Shown piece after piece: positions 1 through 8,596 of a stretch of DNA of 64,000 nucleotides. Each line of letters begins with the position of its first letter. Position 1 is the first letter of the stretch. Source of the DNA: Candidatus Zhuqueibacterota bacterium (GTDB lineage Bacteria > Zhuqueibacterota > Zhuqueibacteria > Thermofontimicrobiales > Thermofontimicrobiaceae); NCBI GenBank assembly GCA_049322915.1, contig JBMOPW010000032.1, positions 128,001-192,000 of the forward strand, given 5' to 3'. The notes beneath the pieces were generated by a model that was not told the DNA's origin, searched no databases, and was given only the letters and a program-made list of their open reading frames with translations. The position numbers and the translations under genes were made by a program.

Positions 1-174
1 CTGGGCACTGTAGAGAAGCACTTCTCCGACTATCAGATCGTCGGTGGACTGGTGCTGCCCATGACGATAACCGGCACATTCGACGGGCAAATCGTCCCGA
101 AGTGGTCATTCACAATCGATGGTCTGGAAATTAATCCAGTTATCGAGGACAAATTTTTCTCACGTACGAATTGA
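1..174 (+). CDS. 3' end of a gene running in from the left edge; resembles the C-terminus of outer-membrane lipoprotein-sorting-like proteins
   Basis: Frame 1 is open from base 1 to TGA at 172-174 (LGTVEKHFSDYQIVGGLVLPM...GLEINPVIEDKFFSRTN*); FSDY..V.G..P and EIN..I.D..F pattern. Confidence 0.5.
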   Translation: MGTVEKHFSDYQIVGGLVLPMTITGTFDGQIVPKWSFTIDGLEINPVIEDKFFSRTN

Positions 175-191
175 ATCGGATCGGAGCGATT

Positions 192-872
192 ATGAATTTC
201 CAGGAAGCCATGACAAAACTTGAATCTTTAGGGACAGATCAGAATCAAAAGATTTATAAACGGCATGGAGCTGGGGATGCTCTGTTTGGCGTCAGTTTCG
301 CGGATCTGAAGGCATTGAGAAAGCAGGTCAAAACGGATCATTCGCTGGCCGTTCAATTGTGGAATTCGGGAAATCACGATGCGCAAATTTTCGCCACGAT
401 GATCGCTGATCCCGATGAATTCACCGGGGATGACCTGGAGCGATGGGTGCGTGAAGCGTTGAATTATATGGTCGCCGATTCATTTGTCAGCTACGTGGCG
501 TTCAATAGTGTACATGCCAAGACGAAAATGGAGGCATGGACAGAATCTGACGATGAATGGATTGGCCGCGCCGGCTGGGTTTTATTGGCCAAAATAGCTA
601 TGGAGCACAATGATCTCCCTGATTCATATTTTAATGAGTACATCCGGGTCATCGAGGAACGAATTCATCGCGTGAAGAACCGGACGCGCGAGGCGATGAA
701 TCAGGCGATCATCGCCATTGGAATTCGCAGCGACGATCTGGAAACGTCCGCTCTGGAATCGGCTAATCGGATCGGCGCCGTGGAAATCGATCACGGCGAT
801 ACATCGTGCAAGACGCCGGACGCATCGAACTATATTCGAAAAACGCGGATGCGTAGGTCGAACTCGCGCTGA
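192..872 (+). CDS. DNA alkylation repair protein (AlkD-like HEAT-repeat family)
   Basis: FGVSFADLK, LAVQLWNSGNHDA, DDEWIGRAGW and C-terminal VEIDHGDTSCKTPDA motifs; ATG 192 follows GGAG. Confidence 0.8.
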   Translation: MNFQEAMTKLESLGTDQNQKIYKRHGAGDALFGVSFADLKALRKQVKTDHSLAVQLWNSGNHDAQIFATMIADPDEFTGDDLERWVREALNYMVADSFVSYVAFNSVHAKTKMEAWTESDDEWIGRAGWVLLAKIAMEHNDLPDSYFNEYIRVIEERIHRVKNRTREAMNQAIIAIGIRSDDLETSALESANRIGAVEIDHGDTSCKTPDASNYIRKTRMRRSNSR

Positions 873-979
873 TTAAATTTTGAAACAGAACGAAAGAAAA
901 CAATGAGGTCGTGGTGAATCACAACATTCCAGAAATCGGGGCATTTCGCCGGCGAACCGACAAGAATTCGTGCCTGGCG

Positions 980-1723
980 ATGGAGTTGGAACTTATCAGC
1001 GTCGAAAGGGCCGATACGCTGATGCAGCAACTGGCCGAACTTCGGCAGGCCGATCTGGTTCCGGATATGGCGCTGATTCTCGCCCATCCAGCTACTCTGG
1101 CTGTTGGCGCGCGGAAGTTGCAGCCGCAGGATCTGCTCCGGCCGCTCGAATTTTTTCAATCCCGGGGAATTGGCTTGATTCAATCGATTCGAGGTGGTGG
1201 TTTGACCTATCACTGGCCGGGCCAGATTGTCTGCTACCCGGTGATGAAGCTGGCGCCGCAGGAGCAGAATATTGCCATGTACGTGTATCGGCTGGAGGAG
1301 GTTGGTCTTCGGACTTTGAGAGAATTCGGCATTGAGGCAAGTCGCAAACGGGAGAAAGCGGCGCAGATTGGTCTGTGGCTTGGCAATCGGAAAATTGCGT
1401 CGATGGGGATTCATGTCTCGCGCTGGGTGACGAGCTATGGATTTGCATTGAATGTGAGCGGAAATGCTGAGGCAGCGGATTTTATTCGCCCCTGCGGTCT
1501 CGATGGTGTGAAGCTTATTACCATGAGCGAGGTTTTAGGTTACGATCCGGGGCGACGAGCGGTGACGACGTCATTGCTGCGCCAGTTTGAGCAGGTGTTT
1601 GATAGGAAAATCCACGCGATGACGATGAGGAATTTGACCTGGCTGAATCAGGAGAATGCGGACCATGATATATCTTTCAGGAATGCAAATCTCAGTTCGT
1701 CTTTTAGTGAGAGCCTGGATTGA
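980..1723 (+). CDS. lipB: Lipoyl(octanoyl) transferase
   Basis: RGGGLTYHWPGQ, KIASMG, GFALNV and IRPCGL motifs; directly upstream of PDH genes; start uncertain (911 or 980). Confidence 0.88.
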   Translation: MELELISVERADTLMQQLAELRQADLVPDMALILAHPATLAVGARKLQPQDLLRPLEFFQSRGIGLIQSIRGGGLTYHWPGQIVCYPVMKLAPQEQNIAMYVYRLEEVGLRTLREFGIEASRKREKAAQIGLWLGNRKIASMGIHVSRWVTSYGFALNVSGNAEAADFIRPCGLDGVKLITMSEVLGYDPGRRAVTTSLLRQFEQVFDRKIHAMTMRNLTWLNQENADHDISFRNANLSSSFSESLD

Positions 1724-1755
1724 TGTACGTTGAAATAAAAAAAAGAGGAGTCAAT

Positions 1756-2817
1756 ATGAAACCAAAACTGATTCAGATATTGGATGAAAATGGAACTTGC
1801 GATGAAAAAGCAGTCGCCGATTTGACGACCGAAGATATGATCAACATGTATCGGCTGATGAATTTGACGCGAATCTGGAACGATAAAGCGCTGAGCCTGC
1901 AACGCCAGGGACGACTTGGCACGATGGGTTCTGTCCGGGGCCAGGAAGCATCCAACGTGGGCATGGCCTTGCCGCTGCAATCCAATGACTGGTTTGTGCC
2001 GGCGTTCCGGGAATACGGCGCCCTGTTCGCGCTGGGAATTTCGCTGCGGGACCAACTGATGTTTTGGGGCGGCGATGAACGCGGAGCGAGGATTCCGGAA
2101 AACCTCCGGGTGACGCCCACGTCAATCATTGTTGCGTCGCATTTGCCGCATGCTGTGGGCATTGCGCTCGCCGCAAAATTGAAAGGCGAGAAAAGCGTGG
2201 CATTGTCATCATCCGGCGATGGCTCCACTTCGGAAGGCGATTTTCATGAAGCGCTGAATATGGCCGCTGTGTTTAAGGCGCCGGTGGTCTTTGTCATTCA
2301 AAACAACCACTGGGCTATCTCGTTGCCATTCAGCAAACAGACAGCCACAGCGACGATTTCCGAAAAGGCAGCCGCTTACGCCATCGAGGGAGTGCGAGTC
2401 GATGGAAATGATGTGTTTGCAGTGTACACGACAGTGAAAAAATATGTCGAATTGGCCAGAAAAAATCACACGCCGGCATTGATCGAGCTGGTGACGTATC
2501 GAATGGGCGACCATACGACTGCCGATGACGCCACGAGGTATCGCGCGCCGGAGGCGCTGGCCGAATGGGAGAAAAAGGACCCCATCGACCGCTTGAAAAT
2601 TTATTTGATGAACAGTCGCGGCTGGACTGAAGAGAACGATAAAAAACTCATCGAGCAGTGCGCGCAGGAAGTGGATCAAGCGGTGAAAGAGTATGAGGCC
2701 ATGGAGCCAGCCGATCCTGCGGACATGTTCAAATATATTTATAAAGATATGCCCTGGCATTTGAAAGAAGAGATGGAAGAAGTGAGAGAATTGAATCGGA
2801 AAGGAGGGGTGAAATAA
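1756..2817 (+). CDS. pdhA: Pyruvate/2-oxoacid dehydrogenase E1 alpha subunit
   Basis: LQRQGRLG, GQEA, ThDP motif GDGSTSEGDFHEALN...NN, YRMGDHTTADD; RBS AGAGGAG before ATG 1756. Confidence 0.93.
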   Translation: MKPKLIQILDENGTCDEKAVADLTTEDMINMYRLMNLTRIWNDKALSLQRQGRLGTMGSVRGQEASNVGMALPLQSNDWFVPAFREYGALFALGISLRDQLMFWGGDERGARIPENLRVTPTSIIVASHLPHAVGIALAAKLKGEKSVALSSSGDGSTSEGDFHEALNMAAVFKAPVVFVIQNNHWAISLPFSKQTATATISEKAAAYAIEGVRVDGNDVFAVYTTVKKYVELARKNHTPALIELVTYRMGDHTTADDATRYRAPEALAEWEKKDPIDRLKIYLMNSRGWTEENDKKLIEQCAQEVDQAVKEYEAMEPADPADMFKYIYKDMPWHLKEEMEEVRELNRKGGVK

Positions 2818-3794
2818 TGGCAAGAAAATCAATGGTTCAGGCGATCAATGAAGCATTATTTCAGAAAATGGAAGACGACAAGACCGTCGTTGTGCTGGGA
2901 GAAGACGTTGGCGTTGACGGCGGCGTATTCCGGGTGACCCAGGGGCTGATCGAAAAATTCGGTCCCGAGCGCGTGATGGACACGCCATTGGCGGAATCAT
3001 CGATCATGGGCGCCAGCGTGGGCATGGCCATCAATGGCCTGAAACCTGTCGTTGAAATTCAGTTCATGGGATTCATCTACCAGTCGTTCGATCAGGTACT
3101 GGGGCATGTTGCCAGATACCGGCACCGGAGTCAGGGGCGATATGGGATGTCGCTGGTCGTGCGCGCTCCGTATGGGGCCGGCGTTCGGGCGCTGGAGCAT
3201 CATTCCGAAAGCACGGAAGCCAATTTCGCGCATTTGCCCGGTCTGAAAGTGGTCATTCCTTCCAATCCGGTGGACGCCAAGGGCCTGCTCATTTCGGCGA
3301 TTGAAGACCCGGATCCGGTGATTTTCCTGGAGCCAAAACGACTGTACCGCTTGAAAAAAGTTGAAGTCCCGGACGAAATGTACCGGACGCCCATCGGCGT
3401 GGCCGATATTCCGCGCGAGGGGAAAGATATCACGCTCATCGGTTGGGGGGGCATGATGCCAATTTGTCTCGATGCGGCGGAACACGTCAGCAAAGAAGGC
3501 GTGGACGCCGAAGTGATCGACCTGCGGACGATTGTGCCGTTTGACATTCAGAAAATCACAGCCTCGGTTAAAAAGACCGGCCGGCTGATCATTGTTCAGG
3601 AAGCACCGCGCTCGTTTGGTGTGGCTGCTGAGCTGGCCGCTCAGGTCGGGGAGAGAAGCCTGCTCCACTTGTTGGCGCCAGTTCGCCGCGTCACCGGCTA
3701 CGACATCATCCCGCCATTGTCAAAATTGGAAGATTACAATTATCCCAATGTGGAACGAGTCGTACAGGCCATTCATAAAACTATGGAGTTTTGA
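2817..3794 (+). CDS. pdhB: Pyruvate/2-oxoacid dehydrogenase E1 beta subunit
   Basis: GEDVGVDGGVFRVT, DTPLAES, EIQF, HHSES, EVIDLRT; TAATG overlap with pdhA. Confidence 0.93.
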   Translation: MARKSMVQAINEALFQKMEDDKTVVVLGEDVGVDGGVFRVTQGLIEKFGPERVMDTPLAESSIMGASVGMAINGLKPVVEIQFMGFIYQSFDQVLGHVARYRHRSQGRYGMSLVVRAPYGAGVRALEHHSESTEANFAHLPGLKVVIPSNPVDAKGLLISAIEDPDPVIFLEPKRLYRLKKVEVPDEMYRTPIGVADIPREGKDITLIGWGGMMPICLDAAEHVSKEGVDAEVIDLRTIVPFDIQKITASVKKTGRLIIVQEAPRSFGVAAELAAQVGERSLLHLLAPVRRVTGYDIIPPLSKLEDYNYPNVERVVQAIHKTMEF

Positions 3795-3795
3795 C

Positions 3796-5064
3796 ATGAG
3801 ATATGTATTTCGATTACCGGACGTCGGTGAAGGCATTCATGAAGCGGAAATAATAAGCTACGAAGCGAAGATCGGGGATGTGGTCAAAGCCGATCAGACA
3901 ATCATAAAAATTGAGACGGACAAGGCGGTGGTGACGCTGCCTTCTCCGGTGGACGGCAGGATATTAGAAATCCCACGCAATCCAGGGGACGTCATCGCTG
4001 TGGGGGAGCCGCTCATCATTCTGGATTCAGTGCAGGCCGGAGAGGAAATAACGGCAAAACCGGAAGCGTCCGTCCCGGAAGAGGGGCATGCGCCGGCCGT
4101 GAAAATTGTGCGGGAACCGGTCCTGACCGATAAGCCAGCGACCGCGCGCCGTGCACTGGCGACGCCGCACACCCGATATCTGGCGCGGGAATTGGGCGTC
4201 GATATCAACACCGTGGCCGGTTCCGGGCCAGGCGGGCGCATTACCGACGATGATGTCCGGCGCGCCGTCAAACAGTCGCCGGCGCCAGGTCCGAAGATTC
4301 CGCGGGCAGCGGCGGTCACCCATGAACCGTCGACGCTTGGGTTCGATTTTGAGAAGTATGGACATGTCCGCCGGGAGCCGTTGAAAGGCATTCGCAAGCG
4401 AATCGCTGAAGTCATGGTCCGATCGTACTCGACCATCCCCCATGTGTCGCACACGGACGAAGTGGATGTCACCGATCTGTTCGAGGTGCTGAAAAGGCAG
4501 AAATCAATGGCGGAGCAGCGGGGTGTGAAATTGACCATCACTGCTTTTATCGCAAAAGCTGTGGTATCAGCGCTGCAGGCGTTTCCCGAGGTCAATAGCT
4601 CGCTGGATGAAGAGAGCGGCGATCTGGTGTACAAGGATTACTACCATCTTGGCATCGCAACGGACACCGACCAGGGATTGATGGTGCCGGTGGTGAAAAA
4701 TGCAGACACCAGGAGCATCCTTCAAATCGCCGAGGCGATTCAAAAACTGGCGACTCAGGCGCGCAACCGCGAGATCGACCTGGAAGACCTCCGCGGCGGA
4801 ACGTTCACCATCACTAACCCCGGTGGCATTGGCGGCATTCACGCAACGCCGATCATCCAGCATCCCCAGGTGGCTATTCTGGGCGTGCTGGCGGCGCGAA
4901 AGAAGCCGGTGGTCAAAGACGATCAGATTGTCATCCGCACCATGATGCCGTTGGTCGTTTCTTTCGACCATCGCATTCTGGACGGCGCAGTCGTGGCGCG
5001 TTTCCTCAATCACATCATCCATCTGCTGGAAGATCCTATGCGCATGCTGGTGGATGTTATTTGA
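3796..5064 (+). CDS. pdhC: Dihydrolipoamide acyltransferase E2 (single lipoyl domain)
   Basis: FRLPDVGEGIHEAEI, lipoyl lysine ETDKA, E3-binding GSGPGGRI, catalytic FDHRILDG; start ATG 3796. Confidence 0.93.
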   Translation: MRYVFRLPDVGEGIHEAEIISYEAKIGDVVKADQTIIKIETDKAVVTLPSPVDGRILEIPRNPGDVIAVGEPLIILDSVQAGEEITAKPEASVPEEGHAPAVKIVREPVLTDKPATARRALATPHTRYLARELGVDINTVAGSGPGGRITDDDVRRAVKQSPAPGPKIPRAAAVTHEPSTLGFDFEKYGHVRREPLKGIRKRIAEVMVRSYSTIPHVSHTDEVDVTDLFEVLKRQKSMAEQRGVKLTITAFIAKAVVSALQAFPEVNSSLDEESGDLVYKDYYHLGIATDTDQGLMVPVVKNADTRSILQIAEAIQKLATQARNREIDLEDLRGGTFTITNPGGIGGIHATPIIQHPQVAILGVLAARKKPVVKDDQIVIRTMMPLVVSFDHRILDGAVVARFLNHIIHLLEDPMRMLVDVI

Positions 5065-5124
5065 AACCAGGCACGCCTGAAACGGGTATCAATAGCGATT
5101 CATGCCAGTCCCCAATGAAACAGA

Positions 5125-5284
5125 ATGGGGCTGATTTGAAAAAAAAAAAATTGCTCAGCCACGACGTCTCAAAGGCACGATGAATAAAATGACCTCTTCG
5201 TGTAGCGTTGTGGCAAGACGACAAGCCTGAATGGCAACGAAAATTCTCTTTAACCCGGAACCTTGAAACCTGGAGCCTGATCAG
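5125..5284. repeat. Dispersed non-coding repeat, copy A
   Basis: 5237-5257 is the exact reverse complement of 63860-63880; 5182-5203 matches 63914-63935 at 21/22; 5155-5190 resembles 19835-19870. Confidence 0.85.
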
Positions 5285-5357
5285 TTTCAAAACAAAAAAT
5301 CAGGTAACAGCGACGGCATCGGTGGATTTTCAGTAAAAATTTTGTGAAATCAATTGT

Positions 5358-5753
5358 ATGGTGCTCATCGATTTAAGAAATAAATTACAGACAAGCTCCC
5401 TTCGATACATGGCGGGCGGCCTCATTGCCCTCGTGCTCTTTTTGAGCACGGGTCATGATTTATTCCATAATCACCAGCCCGATTTCGAGAATCACGAAGA
5501 CTGCCCGGTGTATCAATTCCTCGTTGTGCTGGGCTCCGTCGGAATCATCGGCGCGCTCGTTCTGCAGCATTTTCTGAATCGAGTCACCATTTTAGAGTTT
5601 CATTCCGACGCGATTATTTATGGCGTCGAGCGGTTAACCCCGGTTATCCGCGGCCCTCCGGATACAGCGACTGTTGTTTTTTTGAATGAACATGCGCTTA
5701 AGTGTTTCAGAACGAATAACTATCCGGAGGTGTTTTATGAAAGTAAGTCTTAA
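5358..5753 (+). CDS. Small membrane protein, DUF2946/CruR-like candidate leader peptide (His/Cys loop between two hydrophobic segments, RGPP motif)
   Basis: GHDLFHNHQPDFENHEDCPVY between two hydrophobic stretches; IRGPP with RGPP at 5649-5660; upstream of a metal-uptake lipoprotein and TonB receptor. Confidence 0.65.
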   Translation: MVLIDLRNKLQTSSLRYMAGGLIALVLFLSTGHDLFHNHQPDFENHEDCPVYQFLVVLGSVGIIGALVLQHFLNRVTILEFHSDAIIYGVERLTPVIRGPPDTATVVFLNEHALKCFRTNNYPEVFYESKS

Positions 5754-6198
5754 ATTTCTTGTTATTGCGCTTGCATTATCGGCATTAATTTTTGGTTGTG
5801 ATAAAGACAATCCAGTTGACGATGATACTCACAGTGAACATGCCGAGGCCGTTGGCCTTGTCATTACGCAGGATAGCAGTGAAATTGTTCGGTACGAAAG
5901 CGGCACGGTCACGGGTAAAATTACCGTGAAAGTCGGTGCAGAAACGCCGTTGCTTTTTGTTCAGTTCATCGATGAACATGACGGCGACTTATTTACGCCG
6001 GACATTGAACACCATTCGCTGGCTTTCACCGTCGCCAATGTCGCCATTGCCGAGGTCATCCAGAATGCTAAAGATGGTTTGGGCAAATTTTACATTCAGG
6101 GGAAATCAGCCGGCTCTACGACGATTGAAATAAAAATCCTGCATGAAGACCATGCAGATTTTGTTTCAGCGCATATCCCGGTTGAGGTGACATTATAA
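5737..6198 (+). CDS. His-rich lipoprotein, putative metal-binding partner of the TonB receptor
   Basis: GGAGG RBS at 5726-5730; lipobox LIFGC; HSEHAE, EHHS and HEDHADF motifs; beta-rich Ig-like composition. Confidence 0.75.
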   Translation: MKVSLKFLVIALALSALIFGCDKDNPVDDDTHSEHAEAVGLVITQDSSEIVRYESGTVTGKITVKVGAETPLLFVQFIDEHDGDLFTPDIEHHSLAFTVANVAIAEVIQNAKDGLGKFYIQGKSAGSTTIEIKILHEDHADFVSAHIPVEVTL

Positions 6199-6216
6199 TT
6201 CACTGAGTCGATCATG

Positions 6217-6252
6217 GTTCTCCCTCATTCCGAATCCGGAATGGGGGAGAAC
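6217..6252. other. Intergenic stem-loop without U-tract (mRNA stabiliser or processing site)
   Basis: gttctccctcattccg-aatc-cggaatgggggagaac, 16-bp stem with one G-U pair. Confidence 0.6.
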
Positions 6253-6274
6253 TGTACTGCAAGGAGTATCGTCA

Positions 6275-8509
6275 ATGAAATCGTTTTTTTATCGCATCGC
6301 ACTGATTCTCAGTGTGATGATGATATGCCGGATCGGCTTCGCGATGGCATCTGAAGAACATTCCCCCGGAACGGGTGTGTTTGCAGGTCAGGTTATCGAT
6401 TCAGAAACCGGTGAACCGGTCGGGTTTGTCTATTTGTTGATTGAAGAGATTCATTTCTGGCAGCGGGTTGGAAGCGACGGTGTGTTTCGTTTTGAAAATA
6501 TACCCGCCGGCATTCATGCGGTAAAAACCTATCGGTTGGGATATAAAGAAGCTGTGGAGCAGGTCGCCATCGTAGAGGGGAAGGTTACAAACAAAACGTT
6601 CCGACTGGCGTTGGCGCCCATTCTGATTGGCGAGGTCATTGTTTCGGCGCACCGGGTGCATGGCGATTCCACCCTGGAAAATCCGGATATTGTCGTTGCC
6701 GATCGCAAGCTCAGGCAAAATCTGGGCATGACCATAGCCAAGACGCTTGAAAATGAACCGGGTCTGGATAAAATCTGTATGGGACCGGCTCCGGCGCGAC
6801 CGGTGCTGCGCGGTCTGGCTGGCGACCGGCTGCTGCTTCTCGAAGATGGCGAGCGGACCGGCGATCTTTCAGCGACGTCAGCGGATCACGCTGTATCCAT
6901 TGATCCCATGACCACCGAACGCATCGAAGTGATACGCGGGCCGGAAGCCATGATCTATGGCTCCAATGTCATGGCCGGCGTGATCAATGTCCAGCGGGAA
7001 TCGATACCGCGCGTGCGGCCGGAGAAAATAACCGGTTCGGTCACGTACCACGGAGAGAGCGTCACGAATGGAAGCGCTGGCGCGTTGGAATTGCGCGCGC
7101 CGGTCGGGCCAATGGCCATGCGATGGGATGCGAGTGTGCGCTCGGCCGGCACTGTGCAAACGCCGGTTGGCCCACTGCAAAACACGGAAATTCAAACGCT
7201 GAACAGCTCAATCGGGTTGAGTCTGGTTCGAAGCTGGGGTCATGCCGGAGTTGCCGGCGGTTGGTATGATTCGGAGTACGGCATTCCCCCTGATCCGATT
7301 GCCGGACACCCGAGCGGTGTGGATATTGACATGCTGCGGCAGCATGTAGCGACAGAAGGTCTGTTCAATGTCCCTTCGTCCATGATTCGGCACGTATACG
7401 TGAAGCATCAGTACTCCCGCTACCAGCACCAGGAGATTGAAGCATCGGGCATCATCGGCATGGAATTCGGGGTGGTGACGCATCATGCCACAGCGATTTT
7501 GCACTTCTGCGAATGCGGCCCATTGTACAATGCGCGAATCGGCATCTGGGGTGAATCGCGCGATTATGCGTCAGGCGGGCTCACGTTCACGCCGGATACC
7601 AGAGAGTCAGCCGTGGCCGTTTATCTGTACGATGAACTCATCCGCGGCCGCTGGTCATTCAATGGCGCGATTCGGGCGGACGGCAAAACAGTGCGTCCCG
7701 AAGCGAGCTATGTGACGCCCCATGTCGGCCACATCCGAACGCGCGACTTCGCCGGTATCTCCGGGGCGGTTTCCGGACACTACCATGTGAAACCGGACTT
7801 GATGCTGGGCGCTTCGGTCATCCGAACGTTTCGCGCTCCCGGGGTGGAGGAATTATTCTCGGAAGGGCCGCATCTGGCAGCCTATTCCTATGAAGTCGGC
7901 AATGCCGACCTGGACGAGGAGACCGGCATTGGATTCGAGCTCTTTGGCGAATACGAGTCCGGTCACGGGAAAATTCGGGCAGCAGTCTTTCGGAATGAAT
8001 TGCAGAATTACATTTTTCCGAGAAACACCGGAGAACGAAGCTGGCGTCGCGCCGATTTATTTCAATACCAGTACAGCGGATTCCATGCGCTGATGACCGG
8101 TTACGAGGTGTCGCTGGATTGGGCGCCGGCGAATTGGCTGTCGTTTTCAGCTCAGGTTCAGTATGTGAAAGGGCAATTGTTAGAAGAAGACCAGCCTATT
8201 CCCCGGATGCCGCCACTATCCGGCAAGGTGGAAATGCGCTACCATCGCGGGCCATTATCCATCATTGTGGATTCCAAAGGCGCTGACAGACAAAACAGGT
8301 TGGATCAGTTCGAACTGCCGACGGAGGGGTATCTCATTCAGGATACGACCGTGCAATATTTATTGCCAAAGGGGAAGCTGTTGCATACCCTTTCGCTGAC
8401 ACTGGAAAATATCGGGAATGCAGAATACCGCAGGCATTTGAATCGCGTCAAGGAAATCATGCCCGAGCCTGGGCGCAATGTTCGGCTCCTGTACAAGGTT
8501 TTCTTTTGA
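6275..8509 (+). CDS. TonB-dependent outer-membrane receptor with N-terminal carboxypeptidase-regulatory-like domain; ZnuD-like metal transporter
   Basis: Signal peptide; GQVIDSETGEPV; plug motif RPVLRGL...DHAV...ERIEVIRGP; RAPGVEELFSEGPH; C-terminal PGRNVRLLYKVFF. Confidence 0.9.
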   Translation: MKSFFYRIALILSVMMICRIGFAMASEEHSPGTGVFAGQVIDSETGEPVGFVYLLIEEIHFWQRVGSDGVFRFENIPAGIHAVKTYRLGYKEAVEQVAIVEGKVTNKTFRLALAPILIGEVIVSAHRVHGDSTLENPDIVVADRKLRQNLGMTIAKTLENEPGLDKICMGPAPARPVLRGLAGDRLLLLEDGERTGDLSATSADHAVSIDPMTTERIEVIRGPEAMIYGSNVMAGVINVQRESIPRVRPEKITGSVTYHGESVTNGSAGALELRAPVGPMAMRWDASVRSAGTVQTPVGPLQNTEIQTLNSSIGLSLVRSWGHAGVAGGWYDSEYGIPPDPIAGHPSGVDIDMLRQHVATEGLFNVPSSMIRHVYVKHQYSRYQHQEIEASGIIGMEFGVVTHHATAILHFCECGPLYNARIGIWGESRDYASGGLTFTPDTRESAVAVYLYDELIRGRWSFNGAIRADGKTVRPEASYVTPHVGHIRTRDFAGISGAVSGHYHVKPDLMLGASVIRTFRAPGVEELFSEGPHLAAYSYEVGNADLDEETGIGFELFGEYESGHGKIRAAVFRNELQNYIFPRNTGERSWRRADLFQYQYSGFHALMTGYEVSLDWAPANWLSFSAQVQYVKGQLLEEDQPIPRMPPLSGKVEMRYHRGPLSIIVDSKGADRQNRLDQFELPTEGYLIQDTTVQYLLPKGKLLHTLSLTLENIGNAEYRRHLNRVKEIMPEPGRNVRLLYKVFF

Positions 8510-8596
8510 TGCGTCGCCATCGACGGGGAGTTGAATCATATCGTTGAAATGTCGCACAGAGTTTGAAATTCAGTTTACGTTGATTGGAGAATAGAA

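Noticed and set aside
3592..3795. Extended N-terminus of pdhC in the ORF track
   Set aside because: Overlaps pdhB; the lipoyl domain starts at ATG 3796
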